Assembly (NCBI RefSeq): GCF_001194135.2
Contig: NC_068994.1
Location: 59,519,463 to 59,583,462 of the forward strand
Length of the DNA stretch: 64,000 nt
Source of the DNA: Octopus bimaculoides
Lineage: Eukaryota
Direction: 5' to 3'
Made by a program: the position numbers and the translations under genes. Positions 52,566 to 64,000 of this stretch are shown piece by piece; the first letter of the stretch is position 1, and every line of letters starts with the position of its first letter. A model generated the notes under the pieces. It worked only from the letters and a program-made list of their open reading frames with translations, ran no database searches and was not told the DNA's origin.

Positions 52566-53729
52566 CGATGGTGTTAAAGACAAATCCATAGTAATGCGGA
52601 CGATAGCAAAATCTGTTAAAGCAATAAGTTTGCCGTTTAATAAAATAAAGGGACATAAAATAGAAAGAGAAAATTAGAGGTTAGTCAATAAGGCAAATAC
52701 ACCATTTTTAGGGGGTTTTTGCTTGTTTCTTCAATCGACCACCTTTTAGGGTTCACGTGACTATGATGGTGGAGGTGATGGTTGTTAATTGGTGGTGCTG
52801 CGGAAAGTGATTGTGGATAGGTAAGTAATAGCAATAATGATGCTGGTGGTGGAGGAGGTGATGATGGTAGTGTGGTGGTAGTCATGATGACCGTGATGGC
52901 GTTGAAGATGGTGGGAGGTGGCGGTAGGTGGGTGAAGAAGATGGGCTATTAACAGGAGAGGTTGGGGTTTGTAGGATGGTGTTTGTGAGGATGGTAGCGG
53001 TGGTGGTAAGAGTCAAGATTGTACGAGTGATAAATGTTATGTTACTGCTATCAACGGTAGTGGCAGTAAAATTGGTACTAATGGTGTTAGTGGTGGTAGA
53101 AGAGACTGTTGTTGTTGCTGTTGTTGTGGTGGTGGTGGTGGTGATGGTGGTGGTGGTGATAGTGGCGGAGGCGGTGGTGATATTGAAATATTGCCACTAT
53201 CCAGGCAAGATTAGGTCAAGAAGGTAATTAATAGAAATTAATCTATTCCAATTAAGAGTCGACAGGTGGGAATGATGATGGTGACGANNNNNNNNNNNNN
53301 NNNNNNNNNNNNNNNNNNNNNNNNNNNNNNNNNNNNNNNNNNNNNNNNNNNNNNNNNNNNNNNNNNNNNNNNNNNNNNNNNNNNNNNNNNNNNNNNNNNN
53401 NNNNNNNNNNNNNNNNNNNNNNNNNNNNNNNNNNNNNNNNNNNNNNNNNNNNNNNNNNNNNNNNNNNNNNNNNNNNNNNNNNNNNNNNNNNNNNNNNNNN
53501 NNNNNNNNNNNNNNNNNNNNNNNNNNNNNNNNNNNNNNNNNNNNNNNNNNNNNNNNNNNNNNNNNNNNNNNNNGTCGAAGGATTGATGGTCGAGGCAACG
53601 TTAGGGGTGGGGTAATGTGTGTATACTTTACTGCGTGTTAGCATGTGTGTGTGTGAGCGTGTGTTAGTGTGTGTTAGTGTGTTTGTATTACTGTGTATAT
53701 TAGTATCAGCTTGTATGTGTGTGCGTGTG

Positions 53730-53769
<40 letters not shown>

Positions 53770-54481
53770 TGTTAGTGTACACCTCATTATTATTGAAATT
53801 CAATGTATGTCGTTATTGGTGATTATTAATCGATATATAGATCAAACTATCTGATGATGGGTGGATGTAATGCGTGTAAGATACAAGTTATTACGTACAG
53901 GTATACACATACGCATACACGCACAGACACAACACACACACATACACGCATACACACATACGCGCACGCATACATGTCATTCTACATACAAGCACACATT
54001 TATTTAGACACATGCGCATATCCGTATATAGTCATGTACACACATACACACAAAGACATACAATACATACACATACATGCACAAGCACACACACATCCAT
54101 AAGCATACAAATACACACATCAATATACAGACATGGACACAATTACCTACACCACATACACATACACATTCATACATGCACGCATATCCATATATAGACA
54201 TACACATATATACAACCACTCATACACGTATATATATATATTTGCGAAAAGAAATTTAGGTAACGGATCTTCGTCGCCGTCGACGTTGAATGTTTCAGTC
54301 GTTCATTCAACAGAACTGATAGTGAAAGTGACCGGACATTCCAAAGACTCCTGCAAACTTGACATAATCTACAAATGCACAGCGTGACACAGCATGTGGC
54401 ACAAGATGTGACACAGAATGTGACAAGGCAGTCCACGTGAGCGACTGTGGTCTGCGTAGGCATTGATGGTTTGAAGCTCAC

Positions 54482-54528
54482 CAAAAGGGGTGTATCTCAG
54501 AGAGCGGCACTAAGATGGTTCGTATATC
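54482..54528 (-). CDS. Putative internal exon (DIRTILVPLSEIHPF) of the same unidentified gene
   Basis: CTGAC and ccaacag| acceptor, ttg|gtgagc donor; 47 nt with only one open frame (phase 0 to 2), compatible with both neighbouring candidates. Confidence 0.33.
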
Positions 54529-57500
54529 CTGTTGGTAGGTACCGCAGATTGGCAGGGAATGGTCAGTCTTTCACGGGGGCAAAAGTCGCAGAGAGCCATT
54601 TCAAACTATTTTATATAATAATATATGTAACTCCTACTAAATTGTTGGTACAATTGGTTACAATTGGTTACAATTACTGCCCATATACGAATTCTAAACT
54701 TTCGTCAAAGGGAATTCTTTCACGAAATACGGTTCTTAGAATTCCGATATGAGCAGTTATAAAAACCTTGATTTTTGGGAAATTACTCAGTGTTCGTAGG
54801 ATTGTTACTAAACTCCACGACACTCACTCCTTGAGATATTGGCTATTTTTTATGCCATGTCTATGATAAAAATCCAACAAGACTTATTTGAATTGTTGTG
54901 AACTCTAGTAGTTAGTATGAAGGATTAGCTAGTGTGAATTTTAAGTCGTAATTCTCTACGACAAAATGACTTTACTTTCCAATTGTACTATAAATGCTAA
55001 ATGTACATAAATAAACTAATGTAGCAATTATTTTCTCTTTCTTCACGTTCTTCAACTTGTTAATGAAATTTATTTCTGCAATTATGAAACTCTGTATTTT
55101 TTATAGCGGTTAAAAGAACACGAATTTGTTTATCTTCAACATACATGCACGCATAAAATGTCCGTTAGCATTTCTGAGTATATATTTCTTGCTATGGCGT
55201 TTATGTAGCTGGAGTCAGAATTTACGTATAATGATAACACTTAGAAGTTCTATGTGACGTGTTTATCAATGTATATTCCTACTTCGAAAGTAAAATATAT
55301 TTATTATTATCTATTTCCAAATAGGAAACATAAAAGTAGTGTTATACAAACAGTAACTAAACCGGCTATAAAAGCAGCAACATGAAATAAAGTGTTTTGC
55401 TAAAAAAACAAAAAAATAAAATAGCGTGCCACTCATTCGAGAGTCGAATCCACAACACTCTAACCACTAGGCCATGCACGTTTTTTAAAAATATATTATA
55501 TATTATTTTATTATTTGTTATTATCGCAACTAATGGCGTAGTAGAGAGAAAAAGAGAAGCAGGCTCCCCGCGTGAGAAATATTACATTACTGATTCAGTA
55601 ATTTAGACAAAGTAAAAACAAAACAGTTGTTTGATTTTGTTATGTAACTAGCTGGTCATTTCCGTTGGACGAGAACAAACGTATCTCTTTCACCAGCTTT
55701 GATCAACTCTGGTATGGAACATGCAAAAGTGCTTTTTTAACGTAAAACTTTCGCTGACGAAATTGTACCGGAAGTCAATTACAACCCGGATGTTAAAGAA
55801 TATATATCTGTATAAATAAAAATCATTTNNNNNNNNNNNNNNNNNNNNNNNNNNNNNNNNNNNNNNNNNNNNNNNNNNNNNNNNNNNNNNNNNNNNNNNN
55901 NNNNNNNNNNNNNNNNNNNNNNNNNNNNNNNNNNNNNNNNNNNNNNNNNNNNNNNNNNNNNNNNNNNNNNNNNNNNNNNNNNNNNNNNNNNNNNNNNNNN
56001 NNNNNNNNNNNNNNNNNNNNNNNNNNNNNNNNNNNNNNNNNNNNNNNNNNNNNNNNNNNNNNNNNNNNNNNNNNNNNNNNNNNNNNNNNNNNNNNNNNNN
56101 NNNNNNNNNNNNNNNNNNNNNNNNNNNNNNNNNNNNNNNNNNNNNNNNNNNNNNNNNNNNNNNNNNNNNNNNNNNNNNNNNNNNNNNNNNNNNNNNNNNN
56201 NNNNNNNNNNNNNNNNNNNNNNNNNNNNNNNNNNNNNNNNNNNNNNNNNNNNNNNNNNNNNNNNNNNNNNNNNNNNNNNNNNNNNNNNNNNNNNNNNNNN
56301 NNNNNNNNNNNNNNNNNNNNNNNNNNNNNNNNNNNNNNNNNNNNNNNNNNNNNNNNNNNNNNNNNNNNNNNNNNNNNNNNNNGGTTAAAGCAAATTTAAA
56401 ATGAAAAAAGCAAATAAAACGAAGGTATGGAGATTAAATACGCTTTACATCGCTTAATCAGTCAAAGGAGTAAATATAAACAACTGAATACTTGTCAGTG
56501 ATTGGTTGAAATTATCGAAATAAGACAATTTTTTACATGAAATAAATTCGAATACAAAAATATTTTTCTGTTCTATAACACAAAATAGATAAGTATACGA
56601 AGTTTGGAAGTCTTTCCGTACCAAAAACACTACGTAAAACATTAATGAAAAATGTGGCCCCCGTTTTAAAATAGATCCACTGCCCGCCCCTAAGTTTTAC
56701 GAAAACAGATTCTGTTAATGAAACCATAAAGTTAAGTGATTTATAAGCAATATGTTCACATATTATCCAACATGTGTCTCCTTTAAGATGTTTGCTTGGA
56801 CTAATAGTCTCTAAAAGGCCAGCAATTTTATGGGGAAGTGTGGGGGGTTGTTGGTTATATCGACCACAGTGCTCAACTGGTACTATTTGTAAGGGACCGT
56901 GTGCGATGCGAGGTGACAGGAATGGCTCTTTACTACATCACACGGTCGATACAATAAATATAGATTGAATAGTACATGTAAGTGCCAGAGAGAAAAGGGA
57001 GACACAACCGAGTAGAATGGTTAAGAGAACATTTATTGCTATATAAACATGTGTGCTGTGTGTGCGACATGTATACAGAATAATAGACAGGCCGTCATGA
57101 GAGTTAAGAACGTGTGTGTTGGAGACAGTGAAGAGCCTATAGCCATCGAAGTGAGAAGTTCATAGACACAAGGAAGAGAATACCAGTTCGTAGTCAATTG
57201 TACACGGTAGTTGAAATACTGTATCAAAAAGTTGCGGCCACAATGCTGAGCCGGTTACAGGTACGTGGCGTGTGTGAAGTTGTGGCTGTGATGCTGCTGC
57301 CTGGGTCACTTGGTACAGGAATTCTTGCAGGTTTTATATTCGCTGTGAACTATTGAAATCTGGGCGAGTTGCTGGCTGAGTTGTGCACGTGAAGAGATGA
57401 CGTTGACCACATGGTAAAAAAAAAGAAAAGCGGTTGTGAAACACTAGTTTAGAGTGTCACGTATGTAATATGGCGAGATGGAAAACTTTGATAAAATGAG

Positions 57501-57864
57501 ACTGTTCGCTCAATTAGTTGACAAAACCTCCCTTTGTGACCGTTTCAAATATAGAAACAATTAAAACCTCCTACACGGCTGATCCTATAGGAGTGATGTC
57601 CCTTGCTTATTGGCCTTAGATTTTAAATACTCTTACAGGAAGTTTTCGTCTAGTAATTGCATAGGTAGCCTTATTATATGACATATATCGTATGTATCAT
57701 ATCCACTGAAGTATTTACTTTCAGCTTTCGTTTCCCAGACTTCATCTCCAAAGTCAAGACTCAATTTCAAAAACCAGGAAAAAGGCCACCCGACCTTCTC
57801 ATAGAAAAAAGTACATCCACCATGGCACCCGTGTGTATGTGTGTGTGTGTGTGTNNNNNNNNNN

Positions 57865-57904
<40 letters not shown>

Positions 57905-59344
57905 CGCGTGTGTCACTTCTTTTCTGTCTTTACCTCGAAATGTCAGGCCAAGTTTCCCATATCTTTTTCGTAGTCGTCGTCATCATCATCAGCATCATCA
58001 TCATTAGCATCACCTCCACAATCTCTACCATCACCACTCCTCCTCCTCACTCCCCACATCATTATCACGCCTATACCTACCTACCTACCCACCTACCTAC
58101 CTACCTACCTACCTACCTATCTATCTATCATCATCATCATCATCATCATCATCATTATCGTCACTTAAATATTTCATATCCCTCTCGAATGACAACTCAT
58201 TTTCTTCCTTCCCATCGTCCCTTCTTTCACGTCCTCATTCCCTTCCTCCCTTTTCTCTGTCCCTCCCTACTCTTTCCTTTTCCCCTTCCTCCCTCACACA
58301 CTCCTCCCCCTTTCTTTCACTCCCCCATTATGTCATGTGACCAGACGACCGTGAAAATAATCCAAATGCCGGTTCCAGCAGTCGACCAATTAATTACTTT
58401 TGTTTTGTACTGGACGACACCGTTGGCAGCTAATGTGTGCGTGTGTGTGTGTGTGTGTGTGCATGTGTGTGTGCGTGCGTGCGTGTGTGTGTGTGTGCGT
58501 GTGTGTGTGTAATTTGCATAACCAAATTGACAAAGAAACTGTCTCAAGAAACGGAAAAGTTTATTAGAAACATATTTGTTTTGTGATTTAGAAAAGAGTT
58601 CTGTTGAGATCAACCGAAGNNNNNNNNNNNNNNNNNNNNNNNNNNNNNNNNNNNNNNNNNNNNNNNNNNNNNNNNNNNNNNNNNNNNNNNNNNNNNNNNN
58701 NNNNNNNNNNNNNNNNNNNNNNNNNNNNNNNNNNNNNNNNNNNNNNNNNNNNNNNNNNNNNNNNNNNNNNNNNNNNNNNNNNNNNNNNNNNNNNNNNNNN
58801 NNNNNNNNNNNNNNNNNNNNNNNNNNNNNNNNNNNNNNNNNNNNNNNNNNNNNNNNNNNNNNNNNNNNNNNNNNNNNNNNNNNNNNNNNNNNNNNNNNNN
58901 NNNNNNNNNNNNNNNNNNNNNNNNNNNNNNNNNNNNNNNNNNNNNNNNNNNNNNNNNNNNNNNNNNNNNNNNNNNNNNNNNNNNNNNNNNNNNNNNNNNN
59001 NNNNNNNNNNNNNNNNNNNNNNNNNNNNNNNNNNNNNNNNNNNNNNNNNNNNNNNNNNNNNNNNNNNNNNNNNNNNNNNNNNNNNNNNNNNNNNNNNNNN
59101 NNNNNNNNNNNNNNNNNNNNNNNNNNNNNNNNNNNNNNNNNNNNNNNNNNNNNNNNNNNNNNNNNNNNNNNNNNNNNNNNNNNNNNNNNNNNNNNNNNNN
59201 NNNNNNNNNNNNNNNNNNNNNNNNNNNNNNNNNNNNNNNNNNNNNNNNNNNNNNNNNNNNNNNNNNNNNNNNNNNNNNNNNNNNNNNNNNNNNNNNNNNN
59301 NNNNNNNNNNNNNNNNNNNNNNNNNNNNNNNNNNNNNNNNNNNN

Positions 59345-60448
59345 AAACAGCTAGTAACTGATAATTCTGATTTAATACTTCGTAGCATAACTATTATTCA
59401 GTTCCACTTCAACCAATCTCTTCTTGTAGTTCTTAATCAATGACTCGCATGTTTCTTTAGGAATTTTTCCCATTCTTCTTGACAAATTTTCTTCAAATCT
59501 GGAATGCACATTGGGGCTCTTGAATCAATTTTAATTTTCAAATAATGCCACAAATTTTCAATGGGGTTCAAGTCAGGTGACTGGCTTGGCCATTCTAATA
59601 ATTTTATATTGTGATTGACAATCCATTTTTGGTAGACTTCGCCGTGTGCTTAGGGTCGTTATCCTGTTGTAAAACTCACCCTTCACAAAGCTTTTCTTTG
59701 AGCTTTTCTACAGAGTTCCATGAATTATTGTTCAAAATATTTTGGTACATCTCTGCATTCATTCTACCATCTATCACATGTAAATTGCCAGTGCCATTTG
59801 CAGAGAAACACCCCTACACAATGATGTTGCCACCTCCAAACTTTACAGTAGGAATTTTGTTTTCGATACTTCACTTCATTTTTCTTAATGATCTAGGGGA
59901 AATCTTGCGTGGTGCACCGGATCTTATTCTGTTTTCAACAGTTCCCGATTTTTTATATCTTTGAATAAATGAAGATATGGTAGAAAATGGAATACAAAGG
60001 GTCTCTGATATTTTCCTGTAGCTTTTACCTTTTTTCCACTGTTCAATAATTAAGTTTTTCACTGAATTTGTGAGTTCTTTACTTTTCGCCATTATTACGG
60101 CACTACTTTATGTTGTCTCAGTGCTGAATGAAGAAGCTAGCGTTTTAAAATTTAAAAATGACCACTGATAAGATTATTGGAAAAAACGAGAAAGTTTTAG
60201 TAAAAGAAAATTATTATTTTAACAGTATTCTGTGGCATAAATTTATTCTGTACGAATACTTTTGTCACCCCTAAATATTTATAATTGTATATAAATTCAT
60301 TAGTTACTATAATTTATTAGTTTATTTTGCATATTCTTAGTTTATGCATGTGTATGCAAATATAGTATTGGTATATCCCATTTATGTTCATTAGAAATTA
60401 AATAAATAAAGAATTTTGACATGTACGAAGATTTATTTACCCCCACTG
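59345..60448 (-). mobile_element. Tc1 transposon, internally deleted, IR/DR-type terminus
   Basis: MAKSKEL...GKSYRKIS...RSGAPRKISPR HTH joined to TVKFGGG...FQQDNDPKH...SPDLNPIENLW; TA plus cagtgggggtaaataaatcttcgtaca at 60448, related inner repeat at 60248-60273. Confidence 0.9.
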
Positions 60449-60486
60449 TATATATCTACTCGTGTGTTCCTCTTCAACCTTTTACG

Positions 60487-60558
<72 letters not shown>

Positions 60559-61941
60559 CATGCATGTGTAAAGGACTTCTTTCAGGGTGCCACGCATATC
60601 CATGTTTATTATAGTGTTACATTATATTGATATTGTATCATTATCATCTCCGTTTAACGTCCACTTTTTCGTGCTTGCATGGATTAGATGGAATTTGCAG
60701 AGGCGGCACTCTGTGTCACCGACCTCCACATTTTCCCAAGAAACATAGTATTGTTTATGTTTTCTTGGAAAATTCGAAACAAAGGACACTGCCTGCATAA
60801 TGGTGACATGCACTACAGGTACAAGGAGACAATAACTACGCCCCCGCCACATACACACATGTATAGATTATTCGAAGAGGCGTGCAAAATTTATACCAAT
60901 CTAGCAGAGGTTGTCTTCTTTTGTGCTGTTTTGTTATCGAAATGTGAATGTGTATAGAAAATAAAAATAAAACAGAAAGAGAAAAGAGGAAAGAAGGAAG
61001 GAGAGGAAGAAGGAAGGGGAGGAAGAAGGAAGGGGAGAAAGAAGGAGAGGAAGAAAGAGTGTCTTTTCGCTTTTTTCTTCTGTGAAATTGGCTTTTATTG
61101 TTATATTTGAGGATGTTGTTTGTAGTTTTTTCACTGGTGGTTATATATATTCTTTTCTCTTTCAAACACACACACTTGTATATTAAAATATATATATATA
61201 TTCTTTTCTCTTTCATATATATATATATATATATATATTATCGATTTTTGTACTTGGTTTGCAAGATTCTTTATGTGAATTCGTGTGTTGAAGCATTTAT
61301 TATTGCGTCTGGGGAGAGTCATTCTCTTTTAGTGCCTAATTACTCAACACATTCACCGGTTCGATTTCCACTTATTTTACTTATTTAATTTCTCTTCAAT
61401 ATTCGTTGCCTCTTGCAACCTTTTCAATGGTCATCGACTCTGACCGTTCTCAGAGCTGCGTTCTTTTTGTTTGTTTGTGCGCATGAGTGTGCATCTGTAT
61501 ACACATATGTATGTATGTTTGTGTGTGTATGCATGTATGTGTCTGTATGTGTATGCATATAAATATGTATGCGTGTGTGTACGTTTGTATGTATGTATGT
61601 ATTCTGTATATTCATGTGTTTGTGTGTTCATGTGTGTGTGTGTGTGTGTGTGTGCGTTTGTATGTGTGTGTACCTCTGTCTCCTTGTGTGTACATGTTTG
61701 GATGTATCTTTGTGTATGGGTTTGTGTGACTATGTATGTGCGTCTGTTATGTATGGATGTGTGACTCCACGTGTGTCCTCGCGTGTGTGTATATGGTCAT
61801 CTGTTTCAGTCTTTATTTGTTTATATATGTGTGTGTGTGTGTGTGTGCTTAACTGTCCGTATTACCTATATATCTATCTATCTGTTTACTTACATATCCA
61901 TTTACCTACACACACACACATATGTATATATATATGCATAT

Positions 61942-61980
<39 letters not shown>

Positions 61981-62419
61981 NNNNNNNNNNNNNNNNNNNN
62001 NNNNNNNNNNNNNNNNNNNNNNNNNNNNNNNNNNNNNNNNNNNNNNNNNNNNNNNNNNNNNNNNNNNNNNNNNNNNNNNNNNNNNNNNNNNNNNNNNNNN
62101 NNNNNNNNNNNNNNNNNNNNNNNNNNNNNNNNNNNNNNNNNNNNNNNNNNNNNNNNNNNNNNNNNNNNNNNNNNNNNNNNNNNNNNNNNNNNNNNNNNNN
62201 NNNNNNNNNNNNNNNNNNNNNNNNNNNNNNNNNNNNNNNNNNNNNNNNNNNNNNNNNNNNNNNNNNNNNNNNNNNNNNNNNNNNNNNNNNNNNNNNNNNN
62301 NNNNNNNNNNNNNNNNNNNNNNNNNNNNNNNNNNNNNNNNNNNNNNNNNNNNNNNNNNNNNNNNNNNNNATATATATATATATATACATACACATAAACA
62401 TACATACATATTTATATAC

Positions 62420-62780
62420 GTCTGTTGTTGGCACTCCGTCGCTTACGACGTCGAGGGTTCCAGTTGATCTGATCAACGGAACAGTCTGCTTGTGAAATTA
62501 ACGTGCAAGTGGCTGAGCACTCCACAGACACGTGTCCCCTTAACGTAGTTCTCGGGGATATTCAGCGTGACACAGTGTGACAAGGCTGGCCCTTTGGATT
62601 ACAGGTACAACAGAAACAGGAAGAAAGAGTGAGAGAAAGTTGTGGTGAAAGAATACAGCAGGGTTCGCCACCATCCCCTGCCAGAGCCTAAACACTCACA
62701 ACGCCCGGTCTGGGAATCGAAACCGCGATCCTATGACCGCGAGTCCGCTGCCCTAACCACTGGGCCATTTCGCCTCCATA
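62420..62780 (-). mobile_element. tRNA-headed SINE (third family)
   Basis: Minus-strand head tggcccagtggttagggc (A box) and ggtttcgattcc (B box), then a non-tRNA body; similar head at 19495-19570. Confidence 0.75.
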
Positions 62781-63160
62781 TACGTCTATATAACAGTCTG
62801 CAAGCAACTGTATATGTGTATATATAAAAAGTTGGTATTGGGGTATGTCTACCTTCTACGTATATTTCTTAATTAGTACTGGGGATGTTTCATTTATGGG
62901 GACGTACTCCTGCATTTGTCTCAGTATTGGGTCCTTCGGGTCTATGGATAAAATGCGGGTGTCACCTTGACCCCAGTGTGACTCCATGTTGGTCTTTGGC
63001 ATGTTGGCTGAATATGGAGGACTGTTTTTTTTTTTTTGTCGCCATACTCTCTCAAATATCCATTTAGTCTCTCCGCAATGCTCCTAGATGTCTCACATAT
63101 GTATATATCATGCTCTTCTCTTTACAAGCCACAGTTAATGCCAGGGATAACATTACTTAC

Positions 63161-63227
63161 CTTGCAGTTATCATTGGTGCATGTGATATTCTCAAAGGGA
63201 CACGTCCTGCATATATATATGTCTAAG
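63161..63227 (-). CDS. Putative internal Cys-rich exon (LDIYICRTCPFENITCTNDNCK)
   Basis: cttcacctcag| acceptor and strong aag|gtaagt donor; 67 nt with only one open frame (phase 2 to 0); alternative acceptor at 63206 keeps the frame. Confidence 0.4.
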
Positions 63228-63764
63228 CTGAGGTGAAGACAGCATGTTCTCTGTCCATCTCCTTACCTTCTTGGAGGTTTTAGGTAAAATTATACTAATG
63301 TATCCATCTGTTTTAATTCAATAAAATTCCATGACTTTATGCAGCTGAGGATTGCTCTGCATTTAAAATGAATGTAATGATTGCATTGTTCAATTAAATG
63401 GAGTTGCGTGAAACGATCGTACTGCATTACCTCTAGATATCCTTGTTGCTTATTTTGANNNNNNNNNNNNNNNNNNNNNNNNNNNNNNNNNNNNNNNNNN
63501 NNNNNNNNNNNNNNNNNNNNNNNNNNNNNNNNNNNNNNNNNNNNNNNNNNNNNNNNNNNNNNNNNNNNNNNNNNNNNNNNNNNNNNNNNNNNNNNNNNNN
63601 NNNNNNNNNNNNNNNNNNNNNNNNNNNNNNNNNNNNNNNNNNNNNNNNNNNNNNNNNNNNNNNNNNNNNNNNNNNNNNNNNNNNNNNNNNNNNNNNNNNN
63701 NNNNNNNNNNNNNNNNNNNNNNNNNNNNNNNNNNNNNNNNNNNNNNNNNNNNNNNNNNNNNNNN

Positions 63765-63811
<47 letters not shown>

Positions 63812-64000
63812 GCATACATACAATCATATATATATATATATATATTCTTTCGTTTACATGTTTCAGTCATTTTGCTGTAGCCTTGCTGGAACATCGCTTT
63901 TAGTCGAACAAATCAACTCCAGGACTTATTCTTTGTAAGTCTAGTACTTATTGTATCAGTCCCTTTTTGTCGAACCTCTAGTTAACGGGGACGTAAACAC

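Noticed and set aside
55426-55480. tRNA-like sequences (also 19495-19570 and 62700-62780) as tRNA genes
   Set aside because: A and B boxes are present but the cloverleaf is broken or continues into SINE bodies
55767-55792. ETS-like ACCGGAAGT and CCGGATG as a promoter
   Set aside because: Short motifs beside a gap with no linked first exon; cannot be supported
63262-63310. Minus-strand donor aag|gtaagg at 63267 as another exon
   Set aside because: Would leave a 39-60 nt intron and its phase leads into a stop in the next candidate exon

Overview
Repeat-rich, AT-rich eukaryotic draft-assembly window with more than a dozen N-gaps. The SINE families and microsatellite density look like an Octopus (coleoid cephalopod) genome; this is recognition from memory, not a search. 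Two spliced genes can be fully phased from the sequence. (1) KCTD9 on +: 11 coding exons, 3404-18235, 393 aa in the window (KHA domain, BTB/POZ, pentapeptide repeats); the ~16-codon first exon was not found. (2) A convergent 3-exon gene on -, 37532-28685, encoding a 166-aa Ly6/uPAR three-finger protein of the quiver/sleepless type, with signal peptide, 10 Cys and a GPI-like tail. A third, unidentified minus-strand gene is tentatively suggested by three phase-compatible small exons (63227-63161, 54528-54482, 48012-47919). The rest is degenerate TEs (mariner, maT, Tc1, R4/Dong, RTE, two Penelope-like elements, many tRNA-derived SINEs) plus mini- and microsatellites. Best leads: a Penelope-like element with an inverted endonuclease arm and 71-bp inverted ends just 5' of the Ly6 gene, a minimal hammerhead-ribozyme motif in a KCTD9 intron, and an ACTAAY-rich array before KCTD9 exon 9. 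Nothing here is proven to be a new biological system.
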